64,000 nucleotides of DNA. It comes from Podarcis tiliguerta. Its lineage: Eukaryota. The position numbers were made by a program, and so were the translations under genes. The notes beneath the pieces were generated by a model, which did no database searches, had not been told where the DNA came from, and saw only the letters and a list, made by a program, of their open reading frames with translations. Each line of letters opens with the position of its first letter. Position 1 is the first letter of the stretch. The DNA is taken from the NCBI GenBank assembly GCA_965153285.1, contig OZ229119.1; one strand, written 5' to 3'. Positions 24,978 through 39,089 of this stretch are shown here, in pieces.

Positions 24978-25764
24978 GCAGTGGTAATTTAAATTTCATT
25001 GGGTGTTCTGTATTGTATTGTTACCCATCGTGAACCTTGGGATGCAGCAGGATAAAAACTGAACTTAATGAAGTCTTGCTGCAGAATGTTTTTCTAATTT
25101 TACTAAGCATGGCAGACCCGAGACAACTCTTTGAAAATAGTTTTCACTTTGTCCATGCTGCAAACTCTATTCCTTTCTACCTGCTTCAATACACTCCTGT
25201 CTCCATTATTCTGCCATGGCAGTTGGTTTGCCTTTAAAAAAGGGCATCATTTCATAAAGGAGGACTTGAGAGTAACCAGAAAGAGACCTCTTTTGATCTA
25301 TTTTATCCTTTTAGTAAGTGAAAAATGTCTGCCCTTCAAGTGCTTGTCCTATTGTTGCTGAATGTCTGAGAGCCATTATACTTAAAAAGTAACTTCAGAA
25401 CAGTCTAAAAATAATTAAAAATGGAAGTAAAGCAAGTACAATCTAAAAAAAAGGAGAGGTGGCATTGGAGGGAATGCAGTTAGAGCAGATAGGATGAAGG
25501 GTAATTCCTGCTGGACTAAGCTTTGGGGAGGGAAATTGAGGGCAGCAGAAAGATGTTTGACAGAAATGAAAATTTGCAGGAAACAAAAAAAGGACATAAT
25601 ATGAAAGATTTCATAGAGGTAGCTGAGCAGGTCCTCCTGGACTGATACCCAATCTACACATTATGCAGACTGAGGTGACTGACTAGGGATAGAGGAATTA
25701 TAGCAGGGTGTTTGTACAGGAATCATATTTCTTCATATTGTGTCGCTCAGCTCTCAGTCTCATC

Positions 25765-25904
25765 CAGTGGCGTAGCGTGGGTTGTCAGCACCCGGGGCAA
25801 GGCAAGTAATTTGCACCCCCTAACCCGTGGATTAGCGCCCCCTAACCCCCAGATGTTGCGGCCGGTGCGGCCGGCCCCCCTGCACCCCCCACGCTACGCC
25901 ACTG
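25765..25904. mobile_element. Young 140-bp hAT MITE (Tip100-like TIRs)
   Basis: Perfect 17-bp TIR CAGTGGCGTAGCGTGGG; perfect 8-bp TSD GTCTCATC (25757-25764, 25905-25912); CpGs intact. Confidence 0.92.
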
Positions 25905-25993
25905 GTCTCATCCCTATCTAGGGATGCTGGGGATTGAACCCAGAGCCTTTTGCATCCAAACAGATGCTCTACCACTGAGCTATGACCCTTCCA
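25905..25993 (-). mobile_element. Same tRNA-SINE family, head region; further decayed copies at ~9350-9440, ~10005-10115 and ~45650-45735
   Basis: gatgctggggattgaaccc...tgcatccaaacagatgctctaccactgagct (antisense A and B boxes). Confidence 0.75.
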
Positions 25994-26469
25994 CCATAGG
26001 CTACTCTTTCTGCCAAGCTGTTGTAGCTGCTAGCTCTTTATCCAGAGTCAGGTTTCAGTCCATCTTGGAGACATAAACTGTATTTTCTCCTTTCTGCTTT
26101 CCAGGTTGCCAAAGAGCCTGGGTGCTGCCTTCCACTCTGGCCCCTTAACCCCCTACTCTGTGCCTATTCCCAACCCTATTGAAAAACTAGCAGGCAGGCA
26201 GCCAACTCCTTCACTTTTCACTGTGTTTTTTATTGTGCACAATTAGTCCCCTTTCTCCCCCATACCTCCTGCGGCTTCATAACAAGGGGAAGAAAGGAAG
26301 GAGGATGCTTAAATCCCTCCTGATTATCTGCTCCTGCTTCTCAAAAAGGGGTGAAGGGAGTTCAAGCAATACAAAAGCACCTGCTGTTTCCCAAGGAGAA
26401 GATGAGGGTAATTCTGAGCTTTCAAGCTCCTGACAGACTCTAAGACTGTAGATGTTTTGAGAGTAGATT

Positions 26470-26535
26470 CTGCTTGCTTGTCTGGGTCGGCGCCTTGTCA
26501 CTGGGTGAGCCTGTGTGTCTGAATGTGCATGCATG

Positions 26536-26575
<40 letters not shown>

Positions 26576-26915
26576 CACTGCTGCTGTCATCACAGATGTA
26601 CCCCCAGCTGTCACTCCACCCTGCTCCGTCTCTTCCTCTCTCTTTCTCTCGTCTCTCTCCTCCCCACTTGGCGCTTTCTCGATTATTCAGCTGACTGCCG
26701 TCCCTATTGCACACAGCTATCTCCCCTTTACTCCACTGCTGCACTTCCGATGGTTCCAGAGTCTTGGCATCATGCAGGGCGAAGGGGGATGATGCCGAGC
26801 GGCGCTTTACGAGCGCTTGCCTGCCTGCCTGCACATCGCTTGCACAGAAACGTTGGGATACCCACAACAGGGTTTGGCAACTCTAAAGAGACTCCATCCC
26901 AGCCAGCAGAGAACT
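26470..26915 (+). promoter_or_regulatory. Candidate distal promoter / non-coding first exon of LRTM2
   Basis: Local CpG/GC enrichment in a CpG-poor background, (CT)n and pyrimidine-rich leader, ending at a GTAAGT donor at 26916. Confidence 0.5.
26539..26568. repeat. (CT)n microsatellite
   Basis: Direct reading. Confidence 0.97.
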
Positions 26916-27976
26916 GTAAGTAGCGGATCTTGTCTCTGTGGTACCATCTGACCGCTGGGAAAATTGCTTCCACTTGTCTGCCCTTTGCCATTCTGTCCAG
27001 AGGGTATTCACTGATTTAGGGAGGGATTTACGAGGCTGATGGATCAATCTCCCTCACTTTCTGTGTGCATGAAAAGGCAATTCTGAGGGAGAACACAAAT
27101 GACCAAAGCCACGGGCCAGTCGTTTGATTGACAGAGTGGCAGGTGATGATGAGTCCAGTGCGGATAGTTGTGGGTAATCAAAGTCAGATGCAGAAGGCTG
27201 AAAGAAATAGTGCCTGCCAGCCAGTGATAAGGCATAACGCTTCCTCAGTGGCAAAGATAGCTATAGCCTCAGAGAATAGGCACTGTGAGGGTCAGTAGTT
27301 TGGATCGCCGTTGCTTATGCCTACCCCATCCCCCTGAATACTGGATCTTCTTGCATCCCCATCAAGAACAATTTCATATGGAAACTTGCCCAGAAATAGA
27401 GGGGTGGAGGGAGGAGAGAAGTACCACTTTAACTAGTGACAGTTTTATAGGCACAATTTCTAGACTGAGTTGCTTCTTTAAAAGAAAGAAAGAAAGCTGG
27501 GCAAAACGAAGATACGGACAAGGAAAACGAAGGAAGAAAAAACGAATATGTTTGTGGACTAAGAGCTTGTCCATAGAAAGTTCAGATGCCAGCGAAGAAG
27601 ATTTTAATGTGATAAGGCACTTTCTCTTGGATTTGTTTTTTTTGTGCCCCTGTTCCACTGATGCACCGCATGAGAATCATGCTACAAAACATGAACCCAG
27701 AGATGCCGTGCTGCAAGAGGAGCCAAAAATAGTTGTCTCATCCTTTCCCCCCTCCCACTGCTGCCCTGGAGGCTGGTCCCAGAGATCAGTGAACCTTTGT
27801 GAAGGTGTCATGCTGGTGGAAGCAGGGGGAGGAAAAGGGCACAGGCTACCTTTTTGTAGTTTTTGATACATAGGAAGGATTTACTCAGAAGAAAGCAGGC
27901 GGCACTGAGAAGAAAAGCAGGGAGAAAAGGGGGGGAGGGGAGGGCTTTCTAATCATTTCCTCTGTGTGTGTCCGCC

Positions 27977-28000
27977 TGTGTGTGTGTGTGTGTGTGTGTG
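27977..28000. repeat. (TG)n microsatellite
   Basis: Direct reading. Confidence 0.95.
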
Positions 28001-28210
28001 CAAACAAGATCAGAGAAATGTGTGTGCTGAATGAGACAGAGTGCACACATGCATCTCTTATTCACAGCAGCCTGCCACAATGCATCCATTTCATTGCCTG
28101 TCTTTATTTATTTTAAAATTAAAGTAGGAATTGTTTGGACCTCAGCTGATTTCTAGACCTACTTACCATGCAGCATATGGAAATGTTGTTCTATGGTATT
28201 GCAGTTTGCC

Positions 28211-28239
28211 ATAATAATAATAATAATAATAATAATAAT
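28211..28239. repeat. (AAT)n microsatellite
   Basis: Direct reading. Confidence 0.95.
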
Positions 28240-29967
28240 GTTTTATAACCTCACCCACTGAGAGCCTCATTTTATTTATTTATTTGTTTATCTATCTATC
28301 TATCAGAACAACCCTGTTAGGTAGGCCAGTATTATGATAGCCATGTTATGTGAGGTGGAAGATAAGGTTAAGAGACATTGGCCTCTTTTAATGGGCTCAT
28401 ATTTCAGATTGAAACGGGGGTTTCCAAGCTTACATAGTACCCTCTTCACCACCAGTGAAAGGCTGGAAAGTCAATAGTAGGTGGAGCCAGAGCCAATTAA
28501 TACTAGTTTTGTCTCCATCTTTCTCTCTGCTGAGTTTATCGAGGGCAACACTGAGATTAAGGGGGAGGCAGCCAATAGGAAATGCTACCCACTGGATTGG
28601 TTTTAAGTAAAAAGGCAAGTGGTTAAGGGCAGACTAAGGTTGGTGGGGCACTACCCTGTTTGCCACAAGGGACAAGCCCCTCCATTGTTTACCATGCCAC
28701 CTTTCAAAAATCTGGATCTGAACTTTCCCCATACTTTGAGTTCTGGTAATGGGTTCTGTCCCGTTTTAGTCATAAATCTAGTCGCAAACAGGGTCAGTAC
28801 ATCTCACCCTCAAATAATTCTCTGCAACTTGTGAATTTCAGGGGAAAAACTTAGGAGTTGGTTCAAAGCTGGGGAAGCAGGGACAGATGCTGTCCAAGGT
28901 GCTGTTATACAATAGAAAGGGATTTACTTTGCACACTTTAGAACACATGGACAGATTTGTCACAAAGGTCAGAAAACTAGGGGCTCCTCCTCTTTTGTCA
29001 GCTGAGGTCATTCCAGAAGCAGAGACCACTTTGCTCTGGAGCTTTGCTGCTAGGGTCCATTTTGTAAGACTGGATTGTTCTGCAACTGCCGAGAATGAAC
29101 AATGTTTGCTAGTGGATTATTTCAAGTGAGTGAAGGGCCCGAGGGAATTGTATCCCAGATTGACATTACTGCAGACACTATAAGCAGTCACCATTCTACC
29201 CAAGGCAGTTAAAATAAATCCACATAAAGGATCTGCATGGAGGAAAGCCCAAACAATTTTGTCGTCTCCTAGTAGCATACACTCGCTTTCACTCTGAAAA
29301 CTGCCTGCCTGCTAGTGCACTGAATTAGGATTTATGATTCCTTAATAATAAGATGTCTCCCTTTCAATATTTCAAACCTCCATTAAGTTATTTTCTAAGC
29401 CTTCTGCAGCACTCAGATACTGTGGTAGGAGGTGTGAACATGTCAAAACTCAAACATGGAATGGTGGGTGATGTCTAGATGAAAGCATATGGTATATGAT
29501 GACAGTACTGAGGGAAGAGAGGAAGTCAGTTATCGCATGTGTGAAGATGTAATAACCACATCAGCACCAAGCAGCCCCTCTGTTCCCCGAAGGCATAACA
29601 TAAATGAGGCCCTCTTTTGCTTATTTTGGTACCAGGGTGCAAATTCTTTTCCTGGGTACAATTTGTCCTGCTACAGTCTCTCCACTGGAGCCAGAGTCCT
29701 AAATTGCCCTCAGTAGCACCCACCAGAAACTTAGTGGTGAAGAAATAACTCCACCTGCAGCCATTTACAGCAAAATCCTATGCATGTTTACTCAGAAGTA
29801 GTTGAGTTCCCAAGTAAGTGTGTACAGGATTGCAGCCTAAGTCTCTTAAAAGTAGACAAATCCTTCAGGACTGGCAAAGTGGGAGCATCCACAAGCACTT
29901 TATAGACTTCAATCTTGTGGAGTCTCAAAATATGAGACCTGGATACCTTGGTCAGTTCACAAAGCAT

Positions 29968-30161
29968 TAGGAATATAGGATACTGCCTTACATTGAGTCT
30001 AACCATTGGTCCATCTAGCAAAGTACGGTCTGCACGGACTGGCAGTAGTTCTCCAGCATTTCAGGCAGGAAGCTCCCACAGCAATATGTAGACATGCTGG
30101 GAGTTGAACCCAGGGGTATTTTCCATGCAAATCATGCACCACTGAGTCATGGCACTTCCCC
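29968..30161 (-). mobile_element. tRNA-derived squamate SINE (Squam3-like), near full length
   Basis: ctgccttacattgagtctaaccattggtccatctagc body followed by an antisense tRNA head (gttgaacccaggg...catgcaaa...ccactgag); family name is from memory. Confidence 0.75.
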
Positions 30162-33100
30162 TGAAGGCATGGGCTGTGAGGAAAGAGGATCCATTCTGAT
30201 GAGCCATATGGCAGCATTTCAAAGCACTTCCCACTTCCCTGATGGTCTCTTAATTGTCCTTCTGAAGCAGTTGGCTTTAGTGTGTATCACATGGGTTCTG
30301 CACGGGCATCTCAAGGAACACTCTGGGGGGCTAGAATGTCCCCTGTGGAACCTGCTGGAGATGCTTAAGGCTTCTTCTGAGTTGTGGCATGCAGTGTGCT
30401 TATACCACAGTGGTTAATCAAGTGAAGCAAATTCATGAAGCTAATTGAGGCAGAAAGAGGAATAAGCAAAAGTCTTTTTCAGAGTTCAGTATAAATATAG
30501 TGCAATTTAAGGAGGAGGGTGAGCCTTCCTCTGGGAACTTTGCTAGCAGCTGTAAATGCAGATTTAAAAAACCCCTTAGGAATGAAAAGTGGCTGCCATA
30601 TTATTGTTGACATCTTTTGCTATTCCGTATTTTGATGTCTGTGGTGATGACTTTATGCGCAAAAGCCCCCACAAAACACAGAGGCAGCTATCCAGTTTCT
30701 AACTTCAAGTCTGAAGTGTGGCCCTTCATTATTCGCTCACTCTTCCCAAACCGCCTTTCTCCTTGGCTGGCAAAATGGCTCACAGCTTTTCATATGATGA
30801 TAACTCTGATCAGATGGGGGACAGGAAAAGTGAGGCCAATTGGACTAGGGTGAAGCGTTCTGGAATTAAGGATTGATAAACCAGAAAGCTTTCAAAGTGT
30901 CAAGATTCTCATTGTTCTGCTCCCAGGAATGAAAGTGACATATGTAAGAAAGAACCATTTGGGCCTTTTTCTCTTGTAATTTTTGGTAGGGAAAAAATTG
31001 TACAGCTGCCCCTCAAATATGCAGAAGCCATGTATCCTTTTAATGATGCATTTCTGCTTACAGGGATATTTAAATTGCAACTCTGTCATTGGAAAATGTT
31101 ATGTTTAACACACACCCCTGCTAGCACACTCACCAGATTTATGAATGCTTTGTGGAACACAACTGTTTCCTAGCCACCGCACCAGTATCTGCACCATTTT
31201 AGAGTGTTTAATTATCAAGAATTTAATTGCTCCCACATGGCCTCACTCAAATGTGTGAGCTTTTATCTCTTTTTCAAAAAGGTGAATACCAGCTCCTTCC
31301 TCATAGCCCTACCATTTTGTGGCCATTTGCTTTAAAAAATTGATTATATTTATTTTTGTGGGAGGTTGATGCTATCTTTCTCCAGTGCTATGATTCTATG
31401 TTGACTGAGATTCCCTTCCTTCCCTCCCTCAAAATCTTCCTGGCAGCAAGTCTTCCAACCATGCATGATGTAGGATTAGTGACTAGCACTTTGGCATCAT
31501 GATGTTTATTCATATACTGAGGACAATTTTGTTTAAGAAAGCTTTATGTGACCCAATCACTTATCAAACATTAAGTTTAGATCTGTAGAAATTGTTGTAT
31601 TGTTTTTAGACTTTGTAGAAATTGTTGTATTGCTTTAGAGTTTATGGAAATGGTTTTGTTTTTTTTTAATAGAACTTGCAGGTTTTGTATGTGTTGCATT
31701 TCATTTTTATCTTGTTGTATGCCACTTTGATGACTTCAGGCTGTGAAGCAGTTCATGAAGTTGTAAAATAAATAAACAAATCTAATACACATTTCGGAAA
31801 GTTGTTTGTTTGTATCTGGACACCTGTCAAGATATCACAACCAAATTTTGCATGGTAGTTCCTGAGACCAAGGAGAAGGTTTTCTTCTATGTTTGGATAC
31901 AATTGGATCAAGATGTCAGACTGAATTTTTCAGAACTGCATTATTTTAACCACCAGTTTAAGAACTGCTATGATTGTTTGCTTTCTTGGAGTTCCCAAGG
32001 TACAAGATATGAGGTTGCAGGTAATAAAGAATGGCCTATCACAAGACTGTTTCAGGGTAGGGGCTAGTGATAATACAGCACTATGGAAAAACTCTAAAGG
32101 TTTTAGTGGCCTATTGCATCATGCTTTGTGCTGTTTTAAATCAGCATAAACAATAGGCTGTACACATCAACAGTTTTCTTGTGATTGTACAGCATGGGTT
32201 CTGTAGTCTAAAGACAGATAAGTGCTTTGCTTGGGAGAATGAAAATGGATTGGTGTGAAAAACCTAAAATGTCACAATAATTGTTTGTTTGGTGCAAGAA
32301 AGTGGTCAAAATATTTCAAGAATCCATGTAAATAGACGTGAGAAATTTGAAAGAATATGGATATATTTAATGCTTTTTTGTTTAAGGATAAGTGGATTCC
32401 TCATAAGTACTATGTCATATTTCAGAATGGCTGCCCGAGTTTCAAATCAGAATTCAGAAGCAATGCAGTCAGAATATTTGTTGGGAATGGGGGTTGGAAG
32501 TCTTGTTTTTCCCAAGGCTCATATTGGGTCACCACCACTTTCTGATTCATATTCCCTTTCTTGCTGTGATGACTTATGGTACATAATAAATATTCATTTG
32601 TTCCCTGATTTAAAAACCACACTTTCATATCTACTACAGAAAGGGTCCACACATAGCCACATGCCATTTCTACTCCTATCTATGCCATCTCATTCTGCCA
32701 TCTATGCCTTTCTGTTCTGCACAGCAGTCAGTGTTCTTTATGTATTGCACCGCACACTGGAGGTATGCTAGCATGAAATGCCACATGCATAAAGGGAACA
32801 GTTATATGAAGCTTTTCTGACTCTGGAATTGCTTGGCCCCCTGTATGATTTAATAAGAACAGGCAGGTGTTGTCATGGAAATCTGCTTATTTGCCTCCAA
32901 GCTCAGACACAGTGCCAGAAGTCGCAGCAGGAGTTTTCTAAACAACAAATGTGCCACAGGGCAAAGGTGTGGTCTAGTAGACTGAACACCAGGCAACAAA
33001 AAGGAAGGGCTAAAGCATTTTAATCTAAAATCTTATATCAAAGTTGAAGCCCAGATTTAGGCACTGCTTGAACCATCTCTCCCTTTTCTCACACTGCTCC

Positions 33101-33270
33101 TTCTTTAAATCTGTCCTTGTCTTCATGAACAATAAGTGTACTCCTGATGTACATTTGAAGACCAATTTCCTGCAATGCGCCCCGTGGCAGACCTACCACC
33201 ACCATCTGGATGCAGTCTCAGTGGGGCAGTTGTAGCATGCCTTGTCAAAGGACCCCAAAATTCCAATCCC

Positions 33271-33324
33271 CAGGGGGTTGGACTAGATGACCCTTGATGT
33301 ACCTTCCAATCCTACAATTTCTGT
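33271..33324 (+). mobile_element. 3' tail fragment of the same SINE/CR1 family
   Basis: cagggggttggactagatgaccc...ttccaatcctacaatttct matches 4692-4742. Confidence 0.7.
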
Positions 33325-36300
33325 ACTCCCACACACTGGCTATGTTACTTACACAGTTACTTAAAGAAAACTGTTGAATTACAGCTAGTGCAAGTCCTAT
33401 AAGCTGGGGTCATATTACTTTTTATATTCTATGCAGTCAAGAGCAAAAGTCTGTGATAAATAAATGTTGAATTGTAGCAATACAAGTGAGACTGAAATTT
33501 TCATCCATTGCAACTTTTCAGCACTTGTCAGTTCTAACATTCTCACTCAATTTTGGGAGCTGGAAAAAATTCTGCAAAGTCATGGAATAAGATGGGCTGA
33601 AGTCATGGCACAGAAATCTCCCTGTCTTCCCCTACTCCACCTCAGATATCCAGCCAAAAAACAGAACATCGTATTTTAAACACTTGTTGGTCCAATAAAT
33701 GTTTCATCTCACTTGCTTTACATTGCTCAAATAATTTTATCTAAAACAGAAGAAAGCACCAGTAAATGGTAGACCGTTACTTTCAGAGTTCCTGAGGCTT
33801 ATTTCTTCTCATAGGTGTCATAATCTGAAAGCCACAATTAAATGTCATTTCACCACATTCTTCCTATTCCCCCCCACCCCGTTTTTGTTACACATAGCAC
33901 TAAACTAAAGAAAAGCCTCTTAGCATTTGCAAAGCTGAGAATTTAGTACAATTATGTGGGGAAATGATATAACCAGAGCTGGGGTTCCCAAGCGACAGCC
34001 CTTTCTCCTAACTGCAACATGCAAGGCCACCTCATCCCCCAAAGGAAGAAATGGGGGAAGGAATTGCATGTGCTCAAAGTCTCCCAAATAAATTCATGGG
34101 CAAATATAGAGAGTGTGCTGTGCAAAGAAAGCTGATCTCTCCGTCACTTCTGCTGACCTCAGAATGGACACAAACCTTCTGTCAAGGGGCTAAACAAGGG
34201 GGGATTAAATCCCTGAGCCACTACTGACTATATGATTAACCTCTGCAGAAAATTAAAGTGCCTATGGAGAAGACCTTTTCCTCTGCAGCTGAGAGAGACA
34301 AAAATTGGGATTTGGATTAAAATTGGCAAGGCTGGTGATAAGCTGCCACCCACATGCAACTGTTCCTGGCTAGAACTGAAAACGGTTTCTCCAATCTCAT
34401 ATGGAATCCCTCACCCTGATTCACATTGGGTATTATTTTTTTCTCCATATTAGGGATGGAGAGAATTGTATTTCTCTGCACTGAACAGGAAGGCAAGCAG
34501 TAACTTGTCCAACTCAGCTGCCTCTGTTCTACTAAACAATATATACATGTGCTCTATGCTAGCGCTTAGAATTAGTGCTGTCCTGTTACTCTGGGTTTCA
34601 GTCACAACAGAATCTGTTATTCCCAATCTGACTCACCCACCATCCATCACAGCACACTGGATTAGTCCTTTTCGCCCTGGTAAATGCTTCTTTGTCACCA
34701 TTACTCTTCAGGAGCTGTGATGGCCACCATTTTGAAAAAGCCTGGGAATCTCTGGAATCGGAATCCCTATATCTTGAAAAAGAGTTTCAGATGACAAACA
34801 GTTGTAACCAGCCTTTTATATGCCTTGGGGAGTACATTTCAGCAGGCTACTTCTTGGAGAGAGTTTAGATAACAGTGGAAGCAGGGGATGCCTCCAGACT
34901 GACACTATTGTGGACTGGGATTTAAATGCATACCGGGAAGTTTAGTCTTGTGCTATTAAAGCGATCAAGCCGTTCTGTTGCCCTAGTGTAAGAAATCCAC
35001 TTTTAAAAAGAATGCACTGAAATGTAGAATGAACAAATTATTAATAGGAAGATGTATAAACACTGCGTAAAGAAATGATGATGAATGCAGGATGAAGGCT
35101 CATTGTCACACAGTGTTCTCAAGAACAAATAAGAATAAAAGTTCAATAAAGACAGGTTATAATCTAATTTTCATGCAAGCTTTGTACAAGCAAATCAAGA
35201 TGAAAACTCAATAAACAAGTAACCTGGAGGAGCCCAGTGTAAAACAAGAAGACTTCAAATGGACACTGATTTTCAACTTAAGTCTGGAAGACTCTCAAGA
35301 CTCCACATTGCAACTGATCTGACTTATTTTTCTGATCTTAGATACCTCCAATATTTCCTCATCACTGCTCTGGTTGGGTTTCAAGGAGGGAATGACAAGT
35401 CTTGAATGGCAAGATTTTGTAAATCAGTAGTAAGGCACTATGGGAAGGATTAGTGTCATTTCTGTTGTCTTGTTGGCACCAACTGAAGTCTTTCCTCTTT
35501 CAACAAACCTTTTAGATGGAAATCTTTCCTGGTCTCCATCTACATTGGAATTGCTTTTAGGTATTTTTAGACATTTGAACTGTTTTATCACATTAGTGTT
35601 TCTCACCATGGGCACCTCTGGGAAGAAGGGTAGGATATAAATTAAATTTTAAAATAAGCAATAGAGAGAGGGAAGCAGACACAAAAAACACCAGCTGCTC
35701 TCTCTTGCCCCAGGTGGTCTGTTTATAGTTTGCTTGGTTTTGAGTGTATTGCTTTTAATGTATTAATTGCAATTCATTAAAATTTTGAGCCATTCTGAGG
35801 ACTTCACTAAAACAGGATCAATAATCCACCCAGTCAGTTACTCAGTTATTCAATAATCCATATGATGACCATGGAATTGCAATTGCTTAGGGGAGTTAAA
35901 TATTGGAGGTGTCAGGCTGAACACTCAAATCAGAGGCCCTAAAAATGAATTGCCATGTCAAATCTTAAATCATTTGTATTCTACTTTCTACTTCTTTAAA
36001 CCTGACCCTTAATGCCAAAGGGTTATAGAGTGGCATAAACCAAGAGTTAATACGCAATCATATGTTCCACAACTGAGAGCTGGCGCCAAAAAAGTCTCAG
36101 AGTGAGCTCTGGCTCAAATTATGGCATGAACTTAGATGTAATTTTTAGAAGACTGTAGAAATGCTTGATATGGTGAGGATTGTCATTTCTAATTAAATGC
36201 CTTAGCGCAATGGTTTACTGAGCTAATGATGATGTTCATGCTTAACATGAGCATATGGACTGTTAATTCAAAGGTAGAACGGATCAGAAACTTCCTTCCT

Positions 36301-36734
36301 TCAAGCATTCCCCTGGGAGCGGAACTGGGAATGCAACTCACAACAAACAGTTTCTCTGGCAGATTCTGCATCTTCATTCATTTGGAAGAACATCTGGGAA
36401 TGACTTATAGCTTTGTTGAAAGCATCACAAGAGATTTTTCCATGGATTCTGGCTAGTTCATAGGTAGGTTTTGCCATCACACTCACCAACAGTGTTGTCA
36501 CCTGCATGGCACTGCCAGTGCCAGCACAAAGCTCCTAGGGGGACCCAACTGATGGTGGGAAAGGGGAGGGGAGGAATGGTGGACTCTTCCAGGACATGTG
36601 GACTCTTGCCGCTGCTCAGGTATACTGGGTGCTTAACACTGGGCCTGATCTCATCACTGGCTTGTTGCTTGAGTATTGCCAACAGCACTGATATAGTGCA
36701 TTAAAGTGCTTCAGCTATATTTTCTCAGCAGTCT

Positions 36735-36870
36735 TTACAATAACCCTGTAAGGTAAACCAGTACTGTTATCCACATATTACAAATAAGGGCTGAGAAAAT
36801 GGTGCCTCACTTAAGGCCACCTAGAGAGTTTGAGGCTGAGGTGAGTTTTGAACTAGGGACTTCCTGGCTT
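36735..36870 (-). mobile_element. MIR/Ther1-like ancient SINE fragment (similar decayed copy at ~28305-28430)
   Basis: acaataaccctgtaaggta...ttatccacatattacaaataagggctgaga...aaggccacc...tttgaact core. Confidence 0.6.
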
Positions 36871-39089
36871 GGAGCTCATATTAAGTGGCCCCTTTCCAAA
36901 AATAGGAAGGTAATATTTATTTTTTTAAAAAGTCTAGTCTCCTTTCCAATGCCTCAGTCTTGGGACACTTAACAATTTAATGAGCATTAATACACTTTGT
37001 TTAAGGATAATTTTTAAAGAGTAGCCTGGTTTTATAAGAATGCTTATTAGTTATAAATTGCCTCAAGCCTGAAGGACAGGACAGGAAGCTAGACATTAAA
37101 GCTTATCAGTTTTTATTTAAATACCCATTAGCTTTAAATTGTAAACTGCCCAAAGCTTGAGGGACAAGTGAGGAGGCTGGACATTAATAAACCTTAAATA
37201 GTCCCCCCAAATAGCTCATATTAAACAATACTAGTGGGTACTACATCATGTTGCTTTGCCTATTCATGACGTATTACACCTCTCATTGGAACAGGTTAGG
37301 GTAAGACCACATGAATGGAATGGCCTTGCCCAGAAACAAGGTAATCAAAGTATTTCAGTGATGCTTTTCAAAATACAAGCCAAGCAGCAACTTCACAGAG
37401 CCCAGTATTATGGAAAACAAATTCTGCATTAGCACTAGAACTGTCACGGTGACTGCTACGCTTCCGCAGCAAGCAACTGATGCAACTAAGCCAGGCCTGC
37501 AGAACTTATGATCCACCATGCCAAATGGAACCCACCATTCATGTACCCTTTAATGCGAGATGATATACTTGGGGTTGCTGCACCCCAGCCCCCCAAATCT
37601 GGAAAGCCTAACTTGCACATTATGCAAACTGCTAGCTAATTATGCAAAGCATTTTCCTCTAATAGTTGTGCATTTGCTCCTGGCACATGCTGCAAAAACT
37701 GGGGAAGTTGGCTCATGCCACGAAAGAGTGGTCTTTCTCATTTGTTCTGCCTCCATTTCCTTTCTGAGTCTGAGAGCCCAACAAATTCTGCTGGGGACAG
37801 ACATGGCAGGCTTCTGTGTCCTACTGTCCCCTGCTTCTGCTGCTTCAACAGTACATGCACCTGCTCCTCAGTCACGCAAAAGGAGAAAATGTGACCATTT
37901 TAGCTTATTCACTGCCCTCCTAAATCATGACCCTTCTGCAGTTATGCCCCAAAAACAAAGCCATCTCTCTTTAGGAACCATCCAGACTTCCTTTTGTGCC
38001 ACATTTCTAGGCATAGGTCCACTTTTTAAAGCTCTGTGTCAGAGTGTGTGTTTTTTCCGGGGGGGGGGGGAGCACTTTCCCTGTAAAGTCCCACTCTTTA
38101 CTGCTAAATCGGAACAAACAGCAATCCACAGATAACCTGAATTGCCATTTGTTCTGATTCAGCGTTAAATTGCAAGTTTTCCTGGGGAAAGCAATGGGTC
38201 GGGGGGGGGGGGAGTGCTCAGATATGAAGCTTTAAAGAACAAACCTGTACCTAGAAAGTGTGGGGCAAAATCTAAGTGTGGATGAGCCCTGTGTTTGTAA
38301 AGCATAGCCTTGGTCAGGAGGAAATGTGATGGCTTCATAATTAGCAGAGTAAAAAGTCGGTTGTAATTGCATACACATGTAGTACGGAGTAACAGATTTC
38401 AGTCAGCCTTCAAAATAATTACAAACCAGATACTTTGACTTGGATTTTAAAATGAACTATGTACCTCTTTTCTAGTTGTCCATCCATATCCCAATCATTC
38501 CACCAATTGTGCTGCATGCAACACATCCCACAAGCTCCACCAGAGAAACATATATCATACAAGCAAGAGAAGTGCGAATCTTAACCCTATCACAAAGGTT
38601 TTAAATTATCCTTGGCCATATTCTTTAGACTGGACCACAATATAAAATACTGCACGGGTCAATGGGGACGGGGACCAGACTATATTACTTATTTCCACAC
38701 ACTTGAAATATTGAAAGTGTAGCACATAAATCTGGAAGGGGCATAAAGAAGCCTAACACATTGGACTGATTCCTTGTAGGAAATTTTGGACCACAAGGAC
38801 GCCACTACCTATTGAACAGTCCCACCTTTCTGAACCAAAATCTCTATCTTCCCCAACTTGGTGCCCTCCATGTGTTCTGGACTAAAACACGCATCAGCCT
38901 CAATCAGTACAGTCAATGATCAGAGATGGAGAAAGGGATACTGAGTAGTTTTAATTATGGGAATATATTGCTACTCTAGGAGAATTTTATTTCAAATCAC
39001 ATTGTTTTCCACCATGATTCAGCTCTGCTTCCCCACTGGTCAATTGATGTCTATCACAACAGTAACAACAACAACTACAACAACAACAA

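Noticed and set aside
26277-27866. ORFs of 149-196 aa around the CpG patch, and the 191-aa ORF 37560..38135
   Set aside because: Low complexity or non-ATG starts, no recognisable homology; consistent with chance.
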